From Alphaproteobacteria bacterium (GTDB lineage: Bacteria > Pseudomonadota > Alphaproteobacteria > SP197): a DNA stretch of 64,000 nucleotides. Of the stretch, positions 1 through 9,850 are shown in pieces. Numbering within the stretch: position 1 is the stretch's first letter; the number at the start of each line of letters is the position of its first letter. The notes below the pieces were generated by a model. That model did not search any database, was not told where the DNA came from, and was given only the letters and a program-made list of their open reading frames with translations. Location of the stretch: positions 2,048,001 to 2,112,000 of the forward strand of contig OZ245842.1 in assembly GCA_965228895.1 (NCBI GenBank), in the 5' to 3' direction. The translations under genes and the position numbers were made by a program.

Positions 1-1650
1 GCCGGCTCAATCGCGACGGCGCGATGCGATGATTTTTGGGATCACGTCGCGCATATGCGGTTTCGCTCCGGCGCCGTGCTCGGGCCCTTCGAGACGTGGT
101 TGATGCTGCGCGGCATGCGGACGCTTCATGTGCGTATGGAACGCGCACAAGCGAACGCGCAGGGGATCGCGGAGTTCCTGGCGCAACACGATCGGGTCCA
201 GCGTGTCTACTATCCCGGCCTTCGCGACCACCCCAGCCATGATCTCGCGCGAAGTCAGATGGCGGGCTTCGGCGCCATGGTCGCGTTTGACGTCGATGGC
301 GGCGTTGACGAAGCGGCGGCCGTGTGGGGCGGCACAAAGGTGTTCAAGAACGCGACGTCGCTGGGCGGGCCGGAGAGCCTGATCGAACACCGTCACATCT
401 CCGACGGCTACGACACACCGGTGCCGCCGTCCTTGCTGCGGCTTTCGATTGGGTTGGAAGATAAGGACGATCTAATCGCCGATCTCGACCAGGCCCTGGG
501 CAGGCCGGCCTCCAATCGCAAGCCGGGGGTTGCGACCAACCTTGCCCAAGGGTTGGGCTGGGAAAGCAAACCCCATGGTGGCGTGATCCTACCGGTCCAC
601 ATGGCCGTGACCTATGTGCGCGACCCCGGCGCTTATGGCGAAGGCTACAGTTATGGACGGGATCACAACCCGAACTTCGAACAGCCGGAGGTACTGCTCG
701 CCGAACTTGAGGACGGTGCGGCCGCGCGGGTCTTCGGTTCCGGCATGGCGGCGGCTGCCGCCGTCTTCCAGGCGCTGAGCCACGGTGATCACGTCGTCGT
801 CCAGGACACGCTTTATTGGGGCGTCAGAGCGTTCCTCAAACAACTCGCCGTCAAGTGGGGCATTGCCATCGACTGGTTTCCGTCCGGCGACCTGGATGCG
901 CTGCGCAGTGTTGTGCGCGCGGGTGAGACGCGGGTCGTCTGGATCGAGACGCCGGCCAACCCGGCGATGACAATCACCGACATTGTCGGCGCAGCGGCGA
1001 TCGCCCATGACGCCGGCGCGCGGCTGATCGCCGACAACACGTTTGCCACGCCGCTGGTGACGCGGCCACTCGACCTGGGCGCCGATATGGTCATGCATTC
1101 GGCGACCAAGTACCTGAACGGCCACAGCGACGTTGTCGCCGGCGCCCTGGTGACAGCGCGCGACGACGACTTCTGGCAGGAGGTCGCGGCGGTTCGCCAC
1201 CTGGCGGGCGCAATCCTCGGTCCGTTTGAAGCATGGCTCCTGATGCGTGGGATGCGCACGCTCCATGTGCGCCTGGAACGCGCCATGGCGAACGCCATGA
1301 CAGTGGCCGAACACCTGCACGGCCACGGCGCGGTCAGCCATGTCCTCTATCCAGGTCTTGCAAGTTTTCCCGGTCATGACATGGCGCGTAGGCAAATGAG
1401 CGATGGTTTCGGCGCCATGCTCAGCATCCGGGTCGCCGGCGGTGAAGAAGCGGCCAAACGTGCCTGGTCGGGATTCAAACTCATCAAGACGGCGACGTCG
1501 TTGGGCGGCGTCGAGAGCCTGGTCGAGCATCGGGGTAGCGTCGAAGGGGCGGACAGTCCCGTGCCGAAGGACCTGTTGCGGTTGTCGATCGGCATCGAAC
1601 ACGCAGACGACCTGATCGCCGATCTCGATCACGCCTTGGCGTGTGCGTGA
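1..1650 (+). CDS. Tandem double-domain Cys/Met metabolism PLP enzyme (cystathionine gamma-synthase/lyase family), 5' truncated by window edge
   Basis: Frame open from base 1 ([13 protein letters not shown]...). First unit ends ...[22 protein letters not shown], then a linker and a full second unit with YGRDHNP, SGMAA, ETPANP, DNTFATP and [12 protein letters not shown] (PLP Lys). Confidence 0.9.
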   Translation, partial: AGSIATARCDDFWDHVAHMRFRSGAVLGPFETWLMLRGMRTLHVRMERAQANAQGIAEFLAQHDRVQRVYYPGLRDHPSHDLARSQMAGFGAMVAFDVDGGVDEAAAVWGGTKVFKNATSLGGPESLIEHRHISDGYDTPVPPSLLRLSIGLEDKDDLIADLDQALGRPASNRKPGVATNLAQGLGWESKPHGGVILPVHMAVTYVRDPGAYGEGYSYGRDHNPNFEQPEVLLAELEDGAAARVFGSGMAAAAAVFQALSHGDHVVVQDTLYWGVRAFLKQLAVKWGIAIDWFPSGDLDALRSVVRAGETRVVWIETPANPAMTITDIVGAAAIAHDAGARLIADNTFATPLVTRPLDLGADMVMHSATKYLNGHSDVVAGALVTARDDDFWQEVAAVRHLAGAILGPFEAWLLMRGMRTLHVRLERAMANAMTVAEHLHGHGAVSHVLYPGLASFPGHDMARRQMSDGFGAMLSIRVAGGEEAAKRAWSGFKLIKTATSLGGVESLVEHRGSVEGADSPVPKDLLRLSIGIEHADDLIADLDHALACA

Positions 1651-1665
1651 GGTGAGGCCAGGCCC

Positions 1666-2433
1666 GTGCCCTTCATTCCAATCAGCGACGACAACGACCT
1701 CAGGCTGATCGGATTCCAGATTGTCACGGCGGTCCTGATTGCCGCCAACGTCATTGTTTTCCTCTGGCAGTTGACCCTGGACGATCAGAGTCTTTGGAGC
1801 TTCTGGTACAGTTACGGACTGATACCGGCGATTCTGACTGGCGAACGGGAGTTGATGCCGTCGCTTGAAAAGATCCCTGCTTGGGCCACGCTCTTCACCA
1901 GCATGTTCCTTCACTCCAGCTACTGGCATGTCGGTGGCAACATGCTGTTTTTGTGGATCTTCGGCGACAATATCGAAGATGCCACCGGCCATGTGCGTTT
2001 CGTTTTCCTCTTCTTGCTATGCGGCGCCGTCGCCGGTCTTTCGGAGGTCGTTGTCGACCCCGGCGGTATGGTGCCCGTGGTTGGCGCAAGCGGCGCCATA
2101 GCCGGCGTTCTTGGTGCTTATCTCGTGCTGCATCCCAGGCGACGCCTGTTGATCCTGGTCATGCGCACGGTGCCGGTCCGGCTGAATGTTGGCTTGGTGC
2201 TCGTCTTCTGGATCCTGTTTCAGATCGGTGCGGCGCTTATTGTTGGCGGCGATGAGGATAACGAGACCGCGTGGTGGGCCCATGTCGGCGGTTTCCTGGC
2301 CGGCATGGTCTTGATACCGTTGTTCAAACGGCGCGATATCCCCTTGTTCGACGGCCAGCCCTTTGCGTTTGCCATGTTCTATCGGCGGCACGACGTGCTC
2401 GAAGACCCAGACGAGAAGGAAGACCAATCGTGA
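1666..2433 (+). CDS. Rhomboid family intramembrane serine protease
   Basis: FLH..WH..GNM motif, GASG catalytic Ser, AWWAHVGGF catalytic His, several TM segments. Confidence 0.93.
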   Translation: MPFIPISDDNDLRLIGFQIVTAVLIAANVIVFLWQLTLDDQSLWSFWYSYGLIPAILTGERELMPSLEKIPAWATLFTSMFLHSSYWHVGGNMLFLWIFGDNIEDATGHVRFVFLFLLCGAVAGLSEVVVDPGGMVPVVGASGAIAGVLGAYLVLHPRRRLLILVMRTVPVRLNVGLVLVFWILFQIGAALIVGGDEDNETAWWAHVGGFLAGMVLIPLFKRRDIPLFDGQPFAFAMFYRRHDVLEDPDEKEDQS

Positions 2434-2846
2434 CAGAAGGCAAGCAAACGAAGCTCGATGCCTTCGTGACATTTATCTATACGCCGGACACCGTGCGTGC
2501 CTTCGCCTTCTACGAAGACATACTGGGTCTGTCGCTGATCCATGACGAAGGCGTCGCGCGCATCTATCGCATCGCCGGTTCGGGGTACTTGGGCGTCTGT
2601 CAGGAAGGTGAGGGGCGTCCGTGCGAGCCGCGCGGCGTCTGCCTCTCGTTGATCACCGACGATGTCGACGGGTGGTACAAGCGCCTGACGGCCAAGGGCG
2701 TGACCACCAAGGGCCCGCCTGCCTCACTGCCACAATACGGCGTCTACAGCTTCTTTCTGCGCGACCCCGACGGTCATCTGATCGAGGTGCAGCGCTTCGA
2801 CAATCCCGATTGGGCGATGACGAAGAAAAAGGACGTAACACGATGA
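2430..2846 (+). CDS. VOC/glyoxalase family protein
   Basis: GTG start overlaps rhomboid stop; FYEDILGL and FFLRDPDGHLIEV motifs. Confidence 0.9.
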   Translation: MTEGKQTKLDAFVTFIYTPDTVRAFAFYEDILGLSLIHDEGVARIYRIAGSGYLGVCQEGEGRPCEPRGVCLSLITDDVDGWYKRLTAKGVTTKGPPASLPQYGVYSFFLRDPDGHLIEVQRFDNPDWAMTKKKDVTR

Positions 2847-3457
2847 TCGATCTTTATTGGTGGGGCACACCCAACGGCCGCAAGGTTTCCATCATGCTTG
2901 AAGAGGTCGGCCTGCCATACGAGGCCCACCACGTCGATATCGGCGCGGGCGATCAGTACAAGCAGGCGTTTCTGGAGATCAGCCCCAACAACAAGATCCC
3001 GGCCATCGTCGACCCCGACGGCCCGGACGGAAAATCGATCTCGGTCTTTGAGTCCGGCGCGATCCTGATCTATCTCGCCGAGAAAACCGGCCAGTTTCTG
3101 CCGAGCGAACCGCGCGCGCGCCTGGACGTCTTGCAATGGCTGATGTTCCAGATGGGCGGCGTCGGGCCGATGTTTGGCCAGGCCAACCACTTCATCAAGT
3201 TCGCCAACCAGAAGGTGCCTTATGCCATCGACCGCTATCGGGGCGAGGCCATGCGGCTGCTGGGGGTGATGAACACGCGCCTGGGTGATGTCGACTATCT
3301 GGCTGGCGACTATTCGATCGCCGATATCGCCACCTGGCCCTGGGTCATGCGTGCCGAATGGTACGACACCAACTGGGACGACTTTCCGAACACCAAACGT
3401 TGGTACGACACGATCGCCGAACGCCCGGCGGTTCAGCGCGGGCTCGAGGTCGACTAG
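2843..3457 (+). CDS. Glutathione S-transferase, YfcG/Ure2-like
   Basis: TPNG, ISPNNKIPAIVD, FESGAIL and YSIADIA motifs; ATG overlaps upstream stop. Confidence 0.95.
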   Translation: MIDLYWWGTPNGRKVSIMLEEVGLPYEAHHVDIGAGDQYKQAFLEISPNNKIPAIVDPDGPDGKSISVFESGAILIYLAEKTGQFLPSEPRARLDVLQWLMFQMGGVGPMFGQANHFIKFANQKVPYAIDRYRGEAMRLLGVMNTRLGDVDYLAGDYSIADIATWPWVMRAEWYDTNWDDFPNTKRWYDTIAERPAVQRGLEVD

Positions 3458-3550
3458 AGCGCGTCGGACGGGATTTGTGCTGTTACCCCACCCACGGACG
3501 ATCAATCCGCAACATTGACGCGGCCTGTCGCCATCACTAGAAACGGCGGC

Positions 3551-3641
3551 GGAGAGGTGGCCGAGTGGTCGAAGGCGCTCCCCTGCTAAGGGAGTATGGG
3601 TCAAAAGCCCATCGAGGGTTCGAATCCCTTCCTCTCCGCCA
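3551..3641 (+). tRNA. tRNA-Ser(GCT)
   Basis: GGAGAGG/CCTCTCC acceptor stem plus GCCA end, anticodon arm CTCCC-ctGCTaa-GGGAG, long variable arm, GGTTCGAATCC T-loop. Confidence 0.97.
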
Positions 3642-3794
3642 CTCCTAACTTATTGATGTTTATGGTTTAACAGGACTGCCTCGTACGCCGGGCGCTGGCG
3701 GCTTTTCTTTGCTGCGCCTGCTCGACACAATGCGCGGGCGCCGCTCCGGTTACGGGTGCGGACAAAAGAATGTCCAGAATGCGGGAGGCCAGAC

Positions 3795-4736
3795 GTGACA
3801 ACGACGACCGATGAAGACCTTGCCATCGCGTATGAAGCCATGAAAGCCGTGCCGTTTCTGGCGTCGGTCAATCCGGGCGCGTGCACGATCGAACGCCTGC
3901 ACGGTCTGACCAACAAGGTCTACCGGGTCGACACGCCGGACGGCAGCTACTGTCTGAGGGTGCCCGGCGACGGCACCGAAGGTTTCATTGATCGTTCGGT
4001 CGAACGGGTCAACGCACGCGCGGCGGCCGCGGCCGGTGTCAGCCCCGAGGTGCTCTATTTCGGCGACGACGCGCTGATGGTGACGCCGTTTCTCGGCGAC
4101 ACGACGACGATGTCGCAGGAGCTACTGCAGACGCTGCCGGGTGCGCCGTCGCGCGCCGGCGAGGCTTTTCGTAAGCTGCACACCTCAGGCGAGACGTTCG
4201 AGTTCCGGTTCGAACTGTTCGCGATGATCGACGAGTATCTGGCGCATCTCGACAAGCTCGGCGTGACCGAGCTGCCCGACGGTTACCACGAGGCGGTTGC
4301 CGAGGCGCAGGCGGTGCGCGAGGCGCTCGACGCGCATGAGATGCCGCTGGCCGCCTGCCACTGCGATCCCATGGTCGAAAACATGCTGGATGACGGCAAG
4401 CGCATGTGGATCATCGACTGGGAGTATTCGGGCATGAATGATCCCTTGTGGGATCTCGGTGACTTCTCCGTCGAAGCGGGCTTCAACGCCGAGCAAGACC
4501 GCGAGATGATGGAAGCCTATTTCGGCCGCGCGCCGACGGACTTTGAGACGGGCCGCATGGTGCTCTATAAGGCGATGTGCGATCTCCTGTGGACGCTGTG
4601 GGGCCTCATCCAACACGCCAACAAGAACCCCGTCGACGATTTTTGGGCCTATGCCATCAACCGTTTCGAGCGGTGCAAGAAGCTGATGAATGATCCGTCG
4701 TTCAAGGGCCACGTCGCCGCGGCTCGCGCGGGCTGA
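3795..4736 (+). CDS. Choline/ethanolamine kinase (LicA-like phosphotransferase)
   Basis: GLTNKVYRV, CHCDP..EN (Brenner-type) and IIDWEYSGMNDP motifs; GGAGG upstream of GTG 3795. Confidence 0.88.
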   Translation: MTTTTDEDLAIAYEAMKAVPFLASVNPGACTIERLHGLTNKVYRVDTPDGSYCLRVPGDGTEGFIDRSVERVNARAAAAAGVSPEVLYFGDDALMVTPFLGDTTTMSQELLQTLPGAPSRAGEAFRKLHTSGETFEFRFELFAMIDEYLAHLDKLGVTELPDGYHEAVAEAQAVREALDAHEMPLAACHCDPMVENMLDDGKRMWIIDWEYSGMNDPLWDLGDFSVEAGFNAEQDREMMEAYFGRAPTDFETGRMVLYKAMCDLLWTLWGLIQHANKNPVDDFWAYAINRFERCKKLMNDPSFKGHVAAARAG

Positions 4737-4777
4737 GTAAGGCACGGGCGGACGCAACACGAAGGTGTCGTTGCCGC

Positions 4778-4795
4778 TGTCACTATGTGACAATC
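4778..4795. promoter_or_regulatory. Palindromic operator TGTCA-N5-TGACA, copy 1 (upstream of ABC operon)
   Basis: tgtcactatgtgacaatc, identical at 17/18 nt to the site at 16709-16726. Confidence 0.7.
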
Positions 4796-5158
4796 GCGCG
4801 CATTTCTTGACAGACAACCTGACAGGACCGAACATTCGAGGGCAGAAAAACGCAACGTCTTCTGCCGTCGTGCCAAGGTTGGCCATGACAGGATGCCAAG
4901 CGGTCGGACATAGGTTTCGGCCCGGGGAATGGGGGAGGTTTGGCGGACACGGCCGCATCGTTGTTGACGTGCGAGTCACGTAGAGCAGGGGCTGAGATCT
5001 CCTGTCGCGATTGGTTGGTTCCCGAACCCGTCGGTTACCAGGCTTTTTATCGAAGCAGTGTTGTTTTGCAGCGGATGTTGCCGTTTTCGGCGACGCCCAC
5101 GCGTGCTGTCGCGTAGGCGTGCGCCTCCGTCAGCTCAACAGAGGGAGTGAAGAGCACC

Positions 5159-6247
5159 ATGTCGAAGAAGAATAAATCGAACCCCGTTGCGGGGAAGGGG
5201 ACGTCACGCCGCCAGGTTCTCAAGGGAGCCGGTGGCTTGGCCACGGCCGGCGCGGTCAGCGCCCTGGGTTTCCCCGCGATCGCGCAGTCCAAACCCGATC
5301 AGCTTGTCATTGCCTCGGGCGGCGGTGCTCTCGATGAGGCCTACAAGGCCGCCTATTTCGACTCGTTTACCGAGAAGACGGGCATCGAGATCATCACCGC
5401 GCCCTATGCCGGCCTTGCCAAGGTGAAGTCGATGATCGAGGCCGACAACGTCGATCTCGATGTTCTGAACATCGACGCCGCCGAGGCGCCTGTGGCCGGC
5501 AACAACGGCTGGTTGGAGCCGATCGACTGGGGGCTGACCGACCGCAGTGCTGTGCTGCCGGCGGCAGCCTGGGATGACCATGTCTATGCCGAGGTCGCGG
5601 CCAAGGTCGTCGCCTGGAACACCGACAGCTTCGGTGACAACCCGCCGCAGGGTTGGGTCGACATGTGGGACATGGAAAAGTTCCCGGGTCGGCGCAGCTT
5701 GTGGAAACAGGCGTTCCAGACACTGGAGGTCGCGCTCATGGGTGACGGCGTGCCGAAGGACCAGATCTACCCGATCGATGTCCAAAAAGGCCTTGCCGCG
5801 CTCGACAAGATCAAGCCGGAGTTGATCTGGTGGGAATCCGGCGGCCAGTCCGCCCAGTTCCTGATCGACGGCGAAAGCGATGTTGGCTCGACCTGGAACG
5901 GCCGCGTCTATCAGCCGAAAGTCGACGGCGCGCCTGTCGACTACACGTTCAACGACGCACTCTTCGTGTCCGGTGCGTGGTGTGTCGTGAAGGGCGCCGG
6001 CAATGTCGGCTGGTCGATGGAGTTCATCGCCCACACGCTGGAACCCGAACGTCAGGCGATCTATTCCGAGAACATCCCCTACGGGCCGGTGGTGCCGGCG
6101 GCGTTGGAGTACATTCCCGCCGACCGTTTGCCGCTGCTGCCGAGTTCGGCCGAAAACATCGACAAGGGTGTGTGGTCGGACTTCCAGTTCTGGGCCGCAA
6201 ACGGTGAAGAAGTCATCAACGAGTTCAACGAGTGGCTTCTGAGCTAA
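5159..6247 (+). CDS. PotD/PotF-like ABC substrate-binding protein with Tat signal
   Basis: SRRQVLK twin-arginine signal; WDMEKFPGRR and WNGR motifs; first gene of ABC operon. Confidence 0.9.
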   Translation: MSKKNKSNPVAGKGTSRRQVLKGAGGLATAGAVSALGFPAIAQSKPDQLVIASGGGALDEAYKAAYFDSFTEKTGIEIITAPYAGLAKVKSMIEADNVDLDVLNIDAAEAPVAGNNGWLEPIDWGLTDRSAVLPAAAWDDHVYAEVAAKVVAWNTDSFGDNPPQGWVDMWDMEKFPGRRSLWKQAFQTLEVALMGDGVPKDQIYPIDVQKGLAALDKIKPELIWWESGGQSAQFLIDGESDVGSTWNGRVYQPKVDGAPVDYTFNDALFVSGAWCVVKGAGNVGWSMEFIAHTLEPERQAIYSENIPYGPVVPAALEYIPADRLPLLPSSAENIDKGVWSDFQFWAANGEEVINEFNEWLLS

Positions 6248-6285
6248 TCATCACATGCCCGCGACAAAAATAAGCGGCGGGGTCG

Positions 6286-7164
6286 ATGGCAAGTGAGAGC
6301 CATATGACGACAAAGGCCTCGGGCAGGGTGTGGAGCCCTGCCCGAGGTTACTTTGTGATCTTGTCGCTGCCGGTTCTGTTCCTGCTGCTGTTCTTCCTGT
6401 GGCCGCTGTTCACGGTGGTCACCCGCAGTTTCGGGGTCGACGAACCGTTCTTCGTCCATTTCCTGACCGTCTTCGAGCGCTCGTCCTATATCCGGGTCCT
6501 GGGCTACACCTTCCAGGTTGCCGCCACCGTAACCGTGCTGTGCCTCTTAATCGCCTACCCGGTGGCGGCCCTGATCGCGCGCCTTAAGGGTGGCTGGTTG
6601 CAGATTTCGTTTGCCCTCATCCTGGTGCCGTTCTGGACCAGCACGGTCATCCGCACCTATGCGTGGATGGTGCTGTTTCAACGCAAGGGCGTCATCAATG
6701 GGTTTCTGATCGATCTCGGCCTGGTCGATACGCCGTTAAGGCTGATGCACAACAACATCGGCGTGCATATCGGCATGGTGCACATCATGCTGCCCTTTAT
6801 GCTGCTGCCGTTGATCAGCGCGTTCCGCAACATCGATCCCAGCTACATGCGCGCCGCCGGCGTGCTCGGCGCCAATCCGATCCGTGCCTTCTGGCATGTC
6901 TATTTGCCGCTATCCATGCCGGGCGTCAGCGCCGGCGTGGCGCTGGTCTTCATCACCTCGCTAGGCTTCTACATCACACCGGCGCTATTGGGCGGCGCCC
7001 AGAACATGATGGTCGCCGTCCTGATCGAGCAGCAGGTCTCGATCACGGTGAACTGGGAACTGGCCTCCGCGCTGGCCTCGTTGTTGCTGATCCTGACCGT
7101 CGCGCTCTACATCGTTTATGACCGCGTGGCGCGCCGCGCGGGCGCCGGTGGGGTATTGGAATGA
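6286..7164 (+). CDS. ABC permease, PotB-like
   Basis: PFWTS..IRTYAW motif, EAA-like loop (AAGVLGA), TM segments. Confidence 0.92.
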   Translation: MASESHMTTKASGRVWSPARGYFVILSLPVLFLLLFFLWPLFTVVTRSFGVDEPFFVHFLTVFERSSYIRVLGYTFQVAATVTVLCLLIAYPVAALIARLKGGWLQISFALILVPFWTSTVIRTYAWMVLFQRKGVINGFLIDLGLVDTPLRLMHNNIGVHIGMVHIMLPFMLLPLISAFRNIDPSYMRAAGVLGANPIRAFWHVYLPLSMPGVSAGVALVFITSLGFYITPALLGGAQNMMVAVLIEQQVSITVNWELASALASLLLILTVALYIVYDRVARRAGAGGVLE

Positions 7165-7973
7165 CGCGGTGGGCGACGGCAGGGCGCGTTGCGAAGATCG
7201 TCATGATCGGGTTCGCGGCACTTGTGCTGCTCTATCTCGTCATGCCGACCTTCGTCATCGTGCCGATGTCGTTCTCCGACAAACTCTACCTGAGTTTCCC
7301 GCCGACCGAATGGTCGTTCCGCTGGTACGAGGCCATGGCCGATCGCGTCGACTACCCGCAGGCGCTGTGGAACAGCATCAAGATCGGTGTGCCCGTCGCG
7401 CTTCTGGCGACGACCTTCGGCACGTTGGCGGCGCTCGGCGTCGTGCGCGGCCGGTTTTTTGGCGCCCGTCCGATGTCCGCGCTTGTCATCGCACCTTTGA
7501 TGCTGCCCCAGATCATTCTGGCCATCGGCCTCTATCCGGTGATGGCGAAACTCGGCATGGCCGGCACCTATCCCGGTGTCGTGCTCGGCCATACGGTGAT
7601 CTGCATTCCACTTGTCTTCATCACCGTCGCGGCATCGTTGAAAGGCTACCACCCGGCCTATGAGTACGCGGCGATGACCATGGGCGCGGGGTGGTGGCGC
7701 ACGTTCTGGTACGTCACCTTTCCGATGATCCGGGTCGGCGTCATTGTCGGGGCGATCCTTTCCTTCACCTTCTCGTTCGACGAATTGATCATTGCGCTTT
7801 TCCTGACCAGTCCGGAGACCCGAACCTTGCCCCGCCTGTTGTGGGAAGACCTTCGCCAGTACGTCACGCCGATCATCGCGGCGGCGACCACTCTTGTCTT
7901 GTGTATCTCGTTCGCGCTGTTCGGCGCGCTCGCGGTTCTGCAAAAACGTATGCAACGGGACCAGACGCCATGA
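7161..7973 (+). CDS. ABC permease, PotC-like
   Basis: SFS..LSFPP, YEYAAMTMGA and SFDE motifs. Confidence 0.92.
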   Translation: MTRWATAGRVAKIVMIGFAALVLLYLVMPTFVIVPMSFSDKLYLSFPPTEWSFRWYEAMADRVDYPQALWNSIKIGVPVALLATTFGTLAALGVVRGRFFGARPMSALVIAPLMLPQIILAIGLYPVMAKLGMAGTYPGVVLGHTVICIPLVFITVAASLKGYHPAYEYAAMTMGAGWWRTFWYVTFPMIRVGVIVGAILSFTFSFDELIIALFLTSPETRTLPRLLWEDLRQYVTPIIAAATTLVLCISFALFGALAVLQKRMQRDQTP

Positions 7974-9049
7974 CCGGGCAGGGCGCGCGGATCGAATACC
8001 GGGACATCGCCAAGTCCTACGGGGCGGTACAGGCGCTGACGCCAACCACGCTCGATATCGAGCCTGGTGAGTTCTTCTCGATCATCGGACCCAGCGGTTC
8101 CGGCAAGACAACCCTGCTGGGCGTCACCGCCGGCTACATACCGCCCACCGGCGGGGAGATACTGGTCGACGGCAAGAACGTTGTCGGCGTGCCGCCGTTC
8201 CAGCGCAACATCGGCATGGTTTTTCAGAACTACGCGCTCTTCCCGCATATGAGTGTCGGTGACAACGTGGGTTTTGCGCTCAAGATGCGCGGTGTGCCGA
8301 AGTCAGAGGCCGCCGAGCGTGTCGCGCGCATGCTGGACCTGGTGCGTCTTGGCGACATGGCCAACCGCAGGCCGAGCCAGTTATCCGGCGGCCAGCAGCA
8401 GCGCGTCGCGTTGGCGCGCGCCGCCGTCTACGACCCGCTTTTGCTTCTCATGGATGAACCGTTGAGCGCGCTCGACAAGAACCTGCGCGAAGCCATGCAA
8501 GACGAGATCAAGCAGTTTCAGGCAGCGCTCGGCTCGACCGTGCTCTACGTCACCCATGATCAGGCCGAAGCGGCCGCGATGTCGCACCGGATCGCGATCA
8601 TGAATCATGGCCGTGTCGCTCAGGTCGGCTCGCCACGCGATCTCTACGAACATCCGGTCGACCGATTCGTCGCCAGCTTCCTCGGTGAAGCCAACCTTTT
8701 CGACCTGACCGAACTCACCGCCCACGGCAACGGTGCGCGCGCCGTGACGACCGAAGGATTTGTGCTGCATTCGGCCACGGCGCCCAACGGCGATGCCCAA
8801 TGCGCCTGCGTACGGCCGGAGACCGTCAACGTGTCCGATAGGCCGGTGGAAGCCGACAACAGCGTTGAGGGGCGGATCGTCGACGCAACGTATACGGCCG
8901 GCAGCCTGCGCTACCGCATCGAAATTGCGCCCGAGGTGATCATGACGAAGCGGACGCCGTCGGTCCGGGGCGAGGCATTGATGCCTGAAGGAACAAAGGT
9001 TCACGTCTCCTGGCGGGCCGAAGACACCTTGCTCGTGAACAACGACTAG
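7970..9049 (+). CDS. ABC ATP-binding protein, PotA-like
   Basis: Walker A GPSGSGKT, LSGGQQQR, LLMDEP, C-terminal TOBE-like domain. Confidence 0.95.
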   Translation: MTGQGARIEYRDIAKSYGAVQALTPTTLDIEPGEFFSIIGPSGSGKTTLLGVTAGYIPPTGGEILVDGKNVVGVPPFQRNIGMVFQNYALFPHMSVGDNVGFALKMRGVPKSEAAERVARMLDLVRLGDMANRRPSQLSGGQQQRVALARAAVYDPLLLLMDEPLSALDKNLREAMQDEIKQFQAALGSTVLYVTHDQAEAAAMSHRIAIMNHGRVAQVGSPRDLYEHPVDRFVASFLGEANLFDLTELTAHGNGARAVTTEGFVLHSATAPNGDAQCACVRPETVNVSDRPVEADNSVEGRIVDATYTAGSLRYRIEIAPEVIMTKRTPSVRGEALMPEGTKVHVSWRAEDTLLVNND

Positions 9050-9060
9050 GGAGCCAACAC

Positions 9061-9834
9061 ATGCCCTTCACCGACAAGAAGGCGGTGGTGACCGGCGGCG
9101 GCCGTGGCATGGGCCGCAGTCATGCCGAGGCATTTGCGGCACGCGGCGCTGCGGTGGGGGTCATCGACCTTGATGGCGCATTGGTTGATCAGGCGGTCGC
9201 CACGATCCGCGAAGCAGGAGGCGTTGCTCATGGTGTCAAATGCGACGTCGCCGACGTCGCCGCGATCACCGAGGCGATCGCAAGTCTTGAGCGGTCTCTG
9301 GGCGGCATCGACATTCTGGTGAACAACGCCGGTATCGATGAAATGCGCGATATCGAGGAGATCGATGAGGCGAGCTTTGACCGTATGTTCGGCGTGCACG
9401 TCAAGGGGACGTTCTTTGCGACCCGTGCCGCCGTGCCCGGCATGAAGGCGCGAGGTGCCGGCAAGATCGTCGTGACGGCCTCGACAGCAGGCATGACAGG
9501 GATTGCGGGTGACTCCCACTATTCAGGCGCTAAAGCGGCTTTGATGGGCTTGACCAAGGCGTGGGCTAAGGAGCTGGCGCCCTTCGGCATCCATGTCAAT
9601 GCGGTGGCGCCCGGCGCGACCATGACCGAGATGGTCATGACCAAACTGCCGACGCGCGAAGAATCCATGGCGCGTGTGCGCCAGCGCCTGGATGCGGGCG
9701 CGGTGCCGTTGGGTCGTTATGCGGATCCATCGGAGATAACCGCCGTCGTTTTGTTCCTGGCCTCCGACGAGGCAAGTTTTATCACCGGACAGGTCATCAG
9801 CCCCAATGGCGGCGAAGTGATCGTCGGTATCTAG
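9061..9834 (+). CDS. Short-chain dehydrogenase/reductase
   Basis: TGGGRGMG, NNAG and YSGAK catalytic motif. Confidence 0.95.
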   Translation: MPFTDKKAVVTGGGRGMGRSHAEAFAARGAAVGVIDLDGALVDQAVATIREAGGVAHGVKCDVADVAAITEAIASLERSLGGIDILVNNAGIDEMRDIEEIDEASFDRMFGVHVKGTFFATRAAVPGMKARGAGKIVVTASTAGMTGIAGDSHYSGAKAALMGLTKAWAKELAPFGIHVNAVAPGATMTEMVMTKLPTREESMARVRQRLDAGAVPLGRYADPSEITAVVLFLASDEASFITGQVISPNGGEVIVGI

Positions 9835-9850
9835 GCAAGGGAGAACTACC

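Noticed and set aside
589-1992. 467-aa minus-strand ORF and similar shadows (28206-29696, 43432-44811, 42007-43209)
   Set aside because: Each lies opposite a gene with clear family motifs.
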